From Octopus sinensis (lineage: Eukaryota), in NCBI RefSeq assembly GCF_006345805.1, contig NC_043011.1, positions 11,346,001-11,410,000 on the forward strand: a DNA stretch of 64,000 bases, given 5' to 3'. Below, piece after piece: positions 12,850-22,769 of the stretch. The translations under genes were made by a program, and so were the position numbers. Below the pieces are notes generated by a model that searched no databases, was not told the DNA's origin, and worked only from the letters and a program-made list of their open reading frames with translations. How positions within the stretch are numbered: the stretch's first letter is position 1; each line of letters starts with the position of its first letter.

Positions 12850-12945
12850 ATATTGTTACTACTACTGCTGCTACTGCTGCTGCTACTACTACTACTACTA
12901 CTACTACTACTAGTGCTATTGCTGCTGCTGCAGCTACTACTGCAG

Positions 12946-12984
<39 letters not shown>

Positions 12985-13032
12985 GTGCTATTGCTGCTGC
13001 TGCTGTAGCTGCTGCTGCAGCTACTACTGCAG

Positions 13033-13069
<37 letters not shown>

Positions 13070-13180
13070 AGCTGTTGCTACTGTTACTGCTGCTGCTGCT
13101 GCTACTACTACTACTACTAGTGCTATTGCTGCTGCTGTTGCTGCTGCTGCAGCTACTACTGCAGCTACTACTGCAGCTAC

Positions 13181-13224
<44 letters not shown>

Positions 13225-13255
13225 TCACAACCACCACCACCACCACCACCACCAT

Positions 13256-13290
<35 letters not shown>

Positions 13291-13350
13291 TTACTGCTGG
13301 TATTGTTGTTGCTGTTGTCATCATCATCACCATCATCATTATTATTACTA
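12850..13350. repeat. Compound trinucleotide repeat (ACT/GCT/ACC/CAT)
   Basis: Directly visible. It produces the spurious poly-T/A/V/S/L ORFs in the track. Confidence 0.95.
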
Positions 13351-13466
13351 TATACCAACAATGACGATAACAATGATTTGAGACTGGTTATCATTAATAA
13401 CTCTGACAATAGTGAGGTTGAAGAAATGTACAAGAATGCACTGCCAAGGCGCAACCGGTTCAGCAT

Positions 13467-16400
13467 TTATTTACTAGCAACCTGAGGAAGGGTTCCTTCG
13501 TACCCGTCTTTACTTATCAGCCAGAAAGTTGTCAGAGCACGTCCAGCAACAGTCATTTCTCCGCGTAGCTCAGTTTCATATCCTCCGAGTTGATCAAGAA
13601 TTTTTACTGTGTGTTCACTAAGCTGAATACGCAAAGGTTCTGAAGTCGATTCCATCGTGGCTGCAATTAACATTGTGTCGCCAAAAAGGGTGTAGCGCGG
13701 CATCTTTAAACCAACAACTCCGGCAACAACTGGTCCAGAGTGAGCGCCGATTCGCAACAGAAGTTTACAGTCTGGTAAATGCGGTACTTTCATTGCCAAC
13801 ATGGTTATGACTAAGTCCATTGCTGCTGTCGTAATTTCACCTGCATGAGCATTTCCATTTCGTTCGGGGACGCCACTTGCAACAACATAAGCATCTCCGA
13901 TAGTTTCCACTTTGTAGACGTCATATTTGTGCAGTATAGAATCGAATGTGCTGTAAAGGTTGTTCAACAGATCAACCACTTGCATAGGCTGACTGTTTTT
14001 CGCGATCGTTGTAAACCCGACTATATCGCTATAAAATACAGTGACACAGTTGAAGTCTTCTGGTTCCACTTTATTTCCGTGTTTTAATTCCTCTACCACT
14101 TTTTTGGGCAACATTTGACTTATAATATGATCAATTTTAGCCTTTTCTACTTCGAGGTCGTGGGTACGCTCAATCACCACTTGTTCGAGATTATTGGAAT
14201 AAGATTCCAATAGTCGAATTAAGTTGTCCATTAGTTCTCCCTTTGTCGGATGAATATTATCTAGCACTACAAGAAGCTTTGAAAATGGAGGTCTGAGCAG
14301 AGGTTCATCGTTCCATACGTCATCAAGCATTTTGAGAAATTTTCTCTGAGTTGTTTTCCCCTCTGGCAAATGTTCGCTTTTAAGTTGTGGCCGAATAACA
14401 AATATATCGCCTCCAATTGACTGCCATACTTTTCTCTCATCTTCTAGAAGAGGACTGTCTTTCTCCACTATGAGATCCAAAATAGCGCTTACAGATAGGA
14501 ACATCCGTTCATAAGCGTACGGTATGTCTCTGGTGGCAATTTCAGAAGCAATTATTCCAAATGAATAGACATCCCCTTCTTTAGTACCCATCTGAACGTC
14601 ATTTAGACACTCAACAGTTATTAGTAGTTCAGGAGCCGTCCAAAAAAGTTCGTTCATCTTTAATAATTCATACTGCCAATCTTTCTCTTCTCCAGCCATA
14701 AGGTACTGTCCATAGCGAATTGATGGACCGCCAAAACCGGACAAACGAATGCACCAGCGGTTATCAAGTAAACAATTCGATGATTTGAGACGTCCATGAG
14801 AGCCGATATTAGTTTTACTGTGAATGAAATCCATTCCACAGCAGATGTCTTTTAGAAAAGAAAATCGGAAATCCCAACCAAGTTGTATAGCATCATTGAT
14901 AAGAATATCTTCAAGACTGCCTTTATTCGCCGGCTCAAGAAAAAAAGACACGTTTGGATATGTGAGACAGGCTCCACCGTAAATGATTAAATTTTTGTGA
15001 TTCAAAGTCGTCAGTTCAACCATTTCTAGTCGGACCGCTTCATCATCAAGGTCAACGGTTCTACTGTTGAAGCGTTTCACAAACCATTTCTCACGCTTCC
15101 ACGTGTACAAATCATTAAACATTCGACTAACATGGGTCGCAGTTGAAACGTTCTTCGAATCTTTTTCTTGAGAATCGATTTTAACAGCTTCGTCCCAGAT
15201 AACGAGCCACTCGAGATTTGCCAGTGCAGTTCTGAGTTGGATGCGTTTGATTAAATACCTTATCAATAGATATATAAAACATATGAGCAACACTAGGGAA
15301 CAAATAACTGGAACGAGAATGGCTGCAAGGTGTATTGAGCAATATTTACCGAGCCACATTGATGATCTACACTGGCATTTATCGGGCTTCACGCATTTTC
15401 CATGTAAGCAAGGAGTGTTACATACCGGTTGGTCACAGCGCGGCCCTTTCCAGCCCGATTTACAGGTACATACGTCTGGAGTGTTACATCCGCCATGAAC
15501 GCAACTGCATGAAACATTCATACACCCATCTCCTAAATAGCCTTTGTTACATACACACACGTTCTCCGCAATGCAGACACCATTATTGAATACTGTAACA
15601 TCGTCTTGCGATATAAGATTACCACAGTTTTGTTTACACCTAAAAGGTGTTACTACCTTCTCCCTCCGGCGAAAGCCTATAGATGGCCATGGTTCGTTTG
15701 GAGCTTTAGCTAATATATTGTCATGCGCGCTAATCATTCCTGAAATTGAAGAATATTTTCTAATATTGTACGTATCAGCCATGGGAAGCGACATTGGTGG
15801 TAGTACATAATTATATGGAGGTTTATTCAATGGGTATTTAGCTTGGTAATTCACCTCTACTTCACCAGACTCTTTATATAGTACAAGTCTTATCGGGAGA
15901 GCTACTAAATTAGGGTCGGAATCAGAAGCATTGCCGATAGGATTAATCAAAATGATACTTCCCCTAAAGTCAGATCTTTTACCGGTCTCATCGAGACGCA
16001 CCTTTCCCGACAGTCCATTCAAATTAATTTTTTTCAGTTCATTTGAAATTTCATCTCCAAAAGCGGTCTTTTGTCGGGAAACTATATTGCTGATTGCTTG
16101 AGCCAACAGCCACATGGCATCATAACCCAGTGCCAAATAAGATGCTAGTTCTTCATTTGGATATATTGCTTTACTTCCTAAATACTCTGTTCTGTCAATG
16201 CTATAAAATCTTTCGAGTGTATGTAGCCATCTTTCGGTCCGGAAGTTTCCAAAATTGTAATTTTCTATAAATAGTAGTGACCCACGATAAGCATAGGTAC
16301 ATTTCGGTTCCCATTGACAGACGCCTTCGTTCATTAAAGGAAAGGATCGAGCATCTTCACTTATAAAAAGCCACTGATAACCGTCGAGTGCAGAAACACC

Positions 16401-18515
16401 AAATCGGATTCCAGAACGCAAAATGTATGGTAAAGAGCGAGTGGAAAAACAAATAATTATTTTTGTTCCGGCATCCTTTAGAGATCTCATTGCTTCACCA
16501 TAAAATTCTGGTTGCCAAGTGGTACCGGTGAAAGAATCGAATTCTGGGACGACCACTGGCATTGCGATCTTAATGTCGAATAATTGTGCTTTGTTGAAGA
16601 ATTCAATATCAACAGTCCTTCCGCTGGAGCTGATAGATGTTATCTTGAGCCATCTTCTAGCTTTACAAGCTCTCAGAAAAAAACTGTAAATTTCTGGCCA
16701 TCCCCAGCAAATTTTATTGAATAAATTGTATCGCAGAAAAGAATTATCTTTCTCAGTCAATGCAATGACTGGAATGTTGTCTATCATTGAGTTTCTGGCT
16801 ACGGCTTTTGTAATCAACGAACTTGCTGACAGAAGGATACCTCTCAATTCCGAATCGGTATTTTGATGTGTTTCTTTATACATTTGGTACTGCTGAACAG
16901 TAAATTCTATTTCATCATTAGTGTTGATTGATTCAACTGCAATTGACATACCATACTGTTCAAAAATTCCAGGAATCTCGCCCCAGCTTATGTCAGCAGC
17001 AGCAAATTTTACAAAAGTATCTATATGTGGATAAGGACTTTTAATCGTTCCAGCTGTATTGAAATCCCCAATGTGTCCTATGTGAACTAGACCAATCACA
17101 GAAAAAAGTGGAGAATTCACTACTGCAAATGAATGTGAAGATGAGGTAATTTCCATCACCACCGTAGTCATAATTGAACAAAATGAACCTCTCAGTTCCG
17201 CCAAGCCACCTGTTATTGATCTTGTCATATCCGTTGAAAGGCATGCATTCGGAGGGCGTGTTGTAATATTGAGGTTTATATTGGAATCTGGACCAGAGTA
17301 AATTCTATTATTGTTAGAATCTACAATTATTATTTTAATGTCTCCTGGAAGAGGAAAATTTCGAGTAATTATGTTACTTGAGTCATTTTTTAATTTGTGA
17401 CTAATTAATAACCTTGCAAGTTTCTGGGACTGAATATTAATAGGATTCGTAAAAGCCATAGCTGGAATTCCATCAATAATGCTGTCGGATAAATCAAAAA
17501 ATTTAACATAGTTTTCGGATTCATAAATATTTTTACGAGTTAAATCATCATAGCAAGTTTTACAGTTCGGTATTCTGATCCATGGATCTCTCGCCATATA
17601 CATAGTTAAATTCAAGCGAAAGCCGACAGCAACATCTAAAATCCGAATGTCTTTGAATGTAACTTTACCAGCTACGGCTTGTTGTCGTATAATTATATCA
17701 TTGGTACTTTGGTGTATCATGGTCGATTTGCCTGCCAATCGGATGTCCGTGTGTTTCAACATCATGTCTAGATTCTTTCGATAATAAAATTCTTTATAGC
17801 GATATGGTACAGTCAACTCTACAAAAGCGATGGAGTCTAGACCCGACGTAATAACTTTACCTACATTATCATGTATCTCGGCTTTAACGGTAAAACCTGT
17901 GTTGGCTCCGATTTGTACTGGTGGTTGTTTGGTGATGACGAGTTTAGCAGCAGGAGTGGTTATACGGAAAGGATGCGTGTCTATCGAAATAGATAGACCA
18001 GGGACATCGATTCTATATATTCGGTCGGTGTCTGGCACTAAATACGCATCGTGAGAATGCATAACCCAATCGATTATAATGGTTCCATTGAATACTTTCG
18101 CTTTTAGTGTGGTCGGTCCGATTGTCGAGCCACATTTCTTGACATATGTGTGGCGATTATATCTCATGGGTAGAAATACATCAGGATTAGTGTTTTGACA
18201 TAGCTTACCACCGGATATTCTCCAGTTGTCAACGTTCGCAGTACTCCTACTGGTCACTGTTACTTCTTGATCGTTTAGAGAACCATCCTTAACTTCACTT
18301 CCATCCAACCTATAAAAATAGGCAAAAATTGGATAACTAGTCAGTTCATTTAATGGTACTGAGTACTTCAAGTTGTATGGACTAGTTGGTATAACTTTAG
18401 GAGGCGAGTTGTGTTCGTCCAATCGAAGATTATATTGTTTTGCGGTAACCAACAGCAGTAGATAAAACAGGAAGATGTGACTGCTATAATAATGAGTACG
18501 CTCCAAGGAGAACAT
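13467..18515 (-). CDS. Atypical single-pass receptor guanylyl cyclase (natriuretic-peptide-receptor family) with an extended Ig-like/ANF/EGF ectodomain and a degenerate cyclase active site; single coding exon
   Basis: Uninterrupted 1682-aa ORF with an in-frame TAA 12 nt upstream of the ATG. Features in order: signal peptide (FLFYLLLLVTA); ANF/PBP1 motif ALGYDAMWLLAQAI...LNGLSGKVRLDETGKR; 3 EGF-like Cys repeats (15339-15638); TM (~15262-15330); kinase-homology HGRLKSSNC and FWTAPELL; coiled coil LESYSNNLEQVVIERT; cyclase VTVFYSDIVGFT, YKVETIGDAY, VVAGVVGLKMPRY. Confidence 0.95.
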   Translation of the reverse strand: MFSLERTHYYSSHIFLFYLLLLVTAKQYNLRLDEHNSPPKVIPTSPYNLKYSVPLNELTSYPIFAYFYRLDGSEVKDGSLNDQEVTVTSRSTANVDNWRISGGKLCQNTNPDVFLPMRYNRHTYVKKCGSTIGPTTLKAKVFNGTIIIDWVMHSHDAYLVPDTDRIYRIDVPGLSISIDTHPFRITTPAAKLVITKQPPVQIGANTGFTVKAEIHDNVGKVITSGLDSIAFVELTVPYRYKEFYYRKNLDMMLKHTDIRLAGKSTMIHQSTNDIIIRQQAVAGKVTFKDIRILDVAVGFRLNLTMYMARDPWIRIPNCKTCYDDLTRKNIYESENYVKFFDLSDSIIDGIPAMAFTNPINIQSQKLARLLISHKLKNDSSNIITRNFPLPGDIKIIIVDSNNNRIYSGPDSNINLNITTRPPNACLSTDMTRSITGGLAELRGSFCSIMTTVVMEITSSSHSFAVVNSPLFSVIGLVHIGHIGDFNTAGTIKSPYPHIDTFVKFAAADISWGEIPGIFEQYGMSIAVESINTNDEIEFTVQQYQMYKETHQNTDSELRGILLSASSLITKAVARNSMIDNIPVIALTEKDNSFLRYNLFNKICWGWPEIYSFFLRACKARRWLKITSISSSGRTVDIEFFNKAQLFDIKIAMPVVVPEFDSFTGTTWQPEFYGEAMRSLKDAGTKIIICFSTRSLPYILRSGIRFGVSALDGYQWLFISEDARSFPLMNEGVCQWEPKCTYAYRGSLLFIENYNFGNFRTERWLHTLERFYSIDRTEYLGSKAIYPNEELASYLALGYDAMWLLAQAISNIVSRQKTAFGDEISNELKKINLNGLSGKVRLDETGKRSDFRGSIILINPIGNASDSDPNLVALPIRLVLYKESGEVEVNYQAKYPLNKPPYNYVLPPMSLPMADTYNIRKYSSISGMISAHDNILAKAPNEPWPSIGFRRREKVVTPFRCKQNCGNLISQDDVTVFNNGVCIAENVCVCNKGYLGDGCMNVSCSCVHGGCNTPDVCTCKSGWKGPRCDQPVCNTPCLHGKCVKPDKCQCRSSMWLGKYCSIHLAAILVPVICSLVLLICFIYLLIRYLIKRIQLRTALANLEWLVIWDEAVKIDSQEKDSKNVSTATHVSRMFNDLYTWKREKWFVKRFNSRTVDLDDEAVRLEMVELTTLNHKNLIIYGGACLTYPNVSFFLEPANKGSLEDILINDAIQLGWDFRFSFLKDICCGMDFIHSKTNIGSHGRLKSSNCLLDNRWCIRLSGFGGPSIRYGQYLMAGEEKDWQYELLKMNELFWTAPELLITVECLNDVQMGTKEGDVYSFGIIASEIATRDIPYAYERMFLSVSAILDLIVEKDSPLLEDERKVWQSIGGDIFVIRPQLKSEHLPEGKTTQRKFLKMLDDVWNDEPLLRPPFSKLLVVLDNIHPTKGELMDNLIRLLESYSNNLEQVVIERTHDLEVEKAKIDHIISQMLPKKVVEELKHGNKVEPEDFNCVTVFYSDIVGFTTIAKNSQPMQVVDLLNNLYSTFDSILHKYDVYKVETIGDAYVVASGVPERNGNAHAGEITTAAMDLVITMLAMKVPHLPDCKLLLRIGAHSGPVVAGVVGLKMPRYTLFGDTMLIAATMESTSEPLRIQLSEHTVKILDQLGGYETELRGEMTVAGRALTTFWLISKDGYEGTLPQVASK

Positions 18516-18556
18516 CTTTGAAACTGCTTACGTCCTTGTTACTGGGAGGATCGTGT

Positions 18557-18580
18557 CTGCAAAAACAAACACAACTAACA
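18557..18580 (-). promoter_or_regulatory. Putative splice acceptor of a 5' UTR intron of the cyclase gene
   Basis: The minus strand reads ttgttagttgtgtttgtttttgCAG|acacg, a T-rich tract plus CAG 41 nt upstream of the ATG. Confidence 0.5.
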
Positions 18581-19237
18581 ATAATTTTATAAATAATGAT
18601 TCATTTTCGTTCGAGAGGATTAGATCTCAACACTTAATTATCAAACTATATATAAACTTAGATAAACTTAGATATGTTTCGACCAAAGATTGGTCCAGGC
18701 CATGTCTAACTTAATAGCACCACCTGATAGGATTATTCGAATCCTGTTTAAGTCAAGTCAATTCAGGATTATTTAATTTCTAGATAATTCTATTTCGTTA
18801 TACTTATTTAGCGAACGGTTGTTTTTAAAGTTATAAGAACTTAAACTGATCACGCTAAAAGAAATTAGAATCATATCCGAAGTTGTTTCCCGTATTTATT
18901 GGGTGAAAAAAAAAAAATGAAACACTATTTTCTCATCGCATTTCCCTCTAGTTTAATTATTTAACACAATTCATTATGTAAGTGTAAATTAAATTAGAGA
19001 GTCGAACTCAGTGTATAACGTCATGTAGTTTACATTTAAATCCTGCCGATGTCAATTTTGCCTTTCATCCTTTCAAGATCGATAAAATGAAGTACCAGTT
19101 AAGTAGTACCTCGTCGATTTATATTGCTTTAGTGCATCATACATGTGAAACAAATTATAATAGAAGATGAATTTCTAGATGGTTTGTCTATTCAGCTGGA
19201 TAGTCGCCCTTTATTACATGTGACAAAACTGATCATA

Positions 19238-20471
19238 CGAGGGGTGTTCATTAAAGATTTCCCCTGACCCACTTCCGGTTATTGCAGGAAACGGAACTCG
19301 TACAAGTATAATCATACACGTCTCTACACGTCACATTGTAAATTGCAGCTCTCCACTAGCATTCGTTTGTCTTTTAATCTGCTAAAGTGGACTAAGATGT
19401 TATAATATCGTACCCCAAAAGAGACTTTCAATGAGATGAAAGAAGCTTATGGTCACAATGCACCATCATACGACGTAGTCAAGCACTGGCATCGCCAGTT
19501 CAAATGTGGTTGGACATCTGTGGAAACTGCTTCTATCTCTGGACGACCACATTCCACCATTGATGACGACACCATCCAAAAAGTGGAAACCGCCATTTTA
19601 GAGGATCACTGCATAGCTATTCGGCAACTAGCGCAAGAAGTGAAGATAAGTGTATGGTCCGTGGAAAAAGTCATTCACGACCATTTGCACATGCAGAAGT
19701 TGTCTGCACAATGGATTCCCCGGATGCTCACACCTTTTCAAGAGCAGAAACGAGTCAATTGCTTTCAGGCTCATACGGCAATGTGCCAAGAAAACGACGA
19801 GGACTTTTTCGGCAGACTTATCCCACAGGATGAAACATGGGTCCATCACTATGATCCTGAGACTCGAGTCCAGTCGAAGCAATGGAAGCATGTTAACTTA
19901 CCACATCCAAAGAAGGTTCGTTTCCAATCCTCAGCAGGCAAGCTGATGCTCAGTCTTTTGGGACCAGCGTGGAGTAGTGATGATGGATTTTCTGACAAAG
20001 GTCACCACAATTAACGGGGGGGGGGCATATTATGCTTCTCTGCTGCAGAAATTGCGGAACGCCATCAAAGCAGAGAAGCGTGGCATACTGACCAAAGGAG
20101 TCCGCCTCCTCCGAGGCAACGCCCCATGTTGCCCAGATGAAAGCACAATCCTGCGGTTATGAAATCCTTTCTCATCCTTCTTACACTTCCAACCTTGTAC
20201 CATCTGACTTCCACTCCTTGCCAATCATGAAGTCTTTTTTGAAGTGTAAGCAATTTTCGGATGATGGACTTATTTCGGAGGTAAAGTATTGGCTCCAGAC
20301 GCAACCTACCGACTTCTACAGACGAGGCCTTCACAGCTGCATAAAACGATGGGAGAAGTGTGTCACCATTGGTTGTAGCTATGTAGAGAAGGACTAATAG
20401 TAATGCCCAGTTTCGTTTATCTCAGTGACTTGGGAAGTCGGTCAGGTGAAATCTTTAATGAACACCACTCA
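19238..20471 (+). mobile_element. mariner (DD34D) transposon, full length, decayed transposase
   Basis: TIRs of about 32 bp (CGAGGGGTGTTCATTAAAGATTTCCCCTGACC / GGTCAGGTGAAATCTTTAATGAACACCACTCA) with TA on both sides. ORF pieces contain WIPRML, DETWVHHYDPE and HPSYTSNLVPSDFH. Confidence 0.92.
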
Positions 20472-22100
20472 TACACATCTGTTTCCGAATAAAAATATAT
20501 CAACTGATAGATTTTTCGTACTTCTCTTAACAGGCTATTAGCCAAGGAAAGGGAAATGAGAGATGGAACAGTTACACTTAGCAGCTTAAATTAATGAAAC
20601 TGAAACAAGGACGTGCAAAGTGAATTCGATTGTTCTTAGTACTTGACTAGTACTTATTTATAGCTCCCAGAAAGATGTAGGGAAATATCGATTCCACTTT
20701 AATTTCCGCAAGTCTAAACTGTCAACACTCAATTAAATGACAAAAGTCTAGAATTAGCAGCCAAATTTCTCTCAAATCAAACCACACGATACCTTCTTTA
20801 AAAAAGTGACAATTGATATGTCTGAAAAAAAAAAGCAAAAAAAAACACAGATGATTGTAACGGCTGCAAAGCCTTTGATCATATATCTGCGGGATTAAGG
20901 CGAAGCATCAAATATACACATTCATATTATTACAAAGCAAAGTTAATCTTTACACTTTTAACTCAGAGTGAAATATTCTGCATCTTCTAGGGCCTGTATT
21001 TCAATTAATAAAATTGTCAGAGTTGTCTCCTTTGACGGGTGTTATGATGAAAAATGACTATTATCAATATTAAAGATTGTAATTTTAATTAGTTATAATT
21101 TATTAGCTACATAAAGTCTGCTAGTACTTGCTTTGGTATTAGTATTAGTTTGAACCGGAAGCAAAGGGCTGTGGCGTCAAGAGGCCCCACCGGAACTGAA
21201 AGGGGAGAGGGGAAATGAAGGAAGCAAGAGCAAGGTCGTCCTCTTTCAGCCTGGAACAGTCGTGGTGAACGGACGCGAATGGAGCCATCTAGCTGGGATT
21301 GGTAGCGGCAGCTGCTAACATTAGGTGAGACGGATTAGGCACGTGTTTGGACTTAACACATCTGGGCAGCCAACAACGAGAGGCAGGGTGAACCATATTT
21401 TATTCTCCGCATTACAGTTCTCTCGTACCTCAGACAGTCAATGACTTTGGTATAAGGTGTAGAACAGAAAGATGTATCTCCTGTTAGTTAAATTATTTTA
21501 GTAAGTAGAAGATGCTTCGGGAAAGGTTTAGAGGTTGTGAAGTGAAAGGGTTAGATACAAGTGTAACGAATGTTATACCTGCATCATATGTGATACTCAA
21601 TTGACTAATTCACAGAGTAACGATCACTGTAGTAACAGAAAGACCAGTGTTCGGCCAAGTCTGACCTTTCTTTCTTGGTTCAACTACCATCCGTGGAACA
21701 TCTGTATTCCTCCCTGTGCCTGTGAAATCTTATGTCCCTGCCATAAGGCTTTACTGCCACACACGCCAGCTTAATGTAATTCGTCCTTAGTCGAAAGACA
21801 CATGTTGTTATGTCCTGTTATTTGTATTTGTGTAACATTCTCCATTTTTTCCGCTCTTGTTTTCGTATATATTCGCTGCTTTCTTCCAAGGAATCCAATG
21901 CTCTTAGCTTAGTTTTCCCTTGGGGCTGGCCAGATTGGAGCAATCTCGCGTATAACCAGTCGAAATTGCAAAGATAATCTGGAACTCGACTGAGGCTAGA
22001 AAACTCCGAATGACCTGTCCTTGTTTTCTTTGTATCGTCTATCTGGATGTTTTGTTGTCCCTTTTTTGTATCACCCGTTTGGATGTTTTGCGTTCGTCCC

Positions 22101-22147
<47 letters not shown>

Positions 22148-22148
<1 letters not shown>

Positions 22149-22372
22149 CGGTGTACGTACACTTTGGTCTCTTATATGTAAATATATATATTATCTAAAT
22201 TTTGTACGACTCTATTCGAGGGGGATCGAAAGAACGAAGAGTGGAATGAACGAAGTAAGCGTGAAAGGACTGATAGAAAAAGGAAAGAATGAAAGAATAG
22301 AAAGAATAGAGTCGTACAAAATTTAGATAAATATATATTTATATATAAGAGACCAAAGTGTACGTACACCGC
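22148..22372. mobile_element. MITE with ~70-bp TIRs inserted in (TA)n
   Basis: 22148-22217 (GCGGTGTACGTACACTTTGGTCTC...) is the reverse complement of 22303-22372, with TA repeats on both sides. Confidence 0.85.
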
Positions 22373-22554
22373 TATATATATAGATGCAGCACGGATTTTT
22401 GTCAGTGAACAGGTCACGGTCTTAAAGCGACGAAAATATTTTGACAAATTAAACTTAAATGTTGAAGTGAATCGAACGGCTTTTGTGTGTTTCTTAAATG
22501 GCTTACAAACACCTTCCACGCTGCAATTGTATATATATATATATATATACACAC

Positions 22555-22670
<116 letters not shown>

Positions 22671-22769
22671 AAATTGGCTTTATTTCGAAAAGAAATTAAT
22701 GTAGTTAAAGATTAAGATTTCTGAGATTTAAAACTATCTAAAATCTATCTTATAGACTTCATACACGCA

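Noticed and set aside
12741-13485. Long poly-Thr/Ala/Val/Ser/Leu ORFs on both strands
   Set aside because: They are artefacts of the triplet repeat, which is open in nearly all frames, with no non-repetitive coding signal.
13467-18515. Horizontal (bacterial or protist) origin of the intronless cyclase gene
   Set aside because: The ANF-TM-KHD-GC core is a metazoan architecture and the base composition is AT-rich like the host. Only the Ig-like N-terminus would justify a phylogenetic test.
21540-22105. 94-aa minus-strand ORF (21818-22102) plus GC-moderate 3' region
   Set aside because: It looks like the end of an interspersed repeat, possibly Penelope-like, but no motif was clear enough to call.
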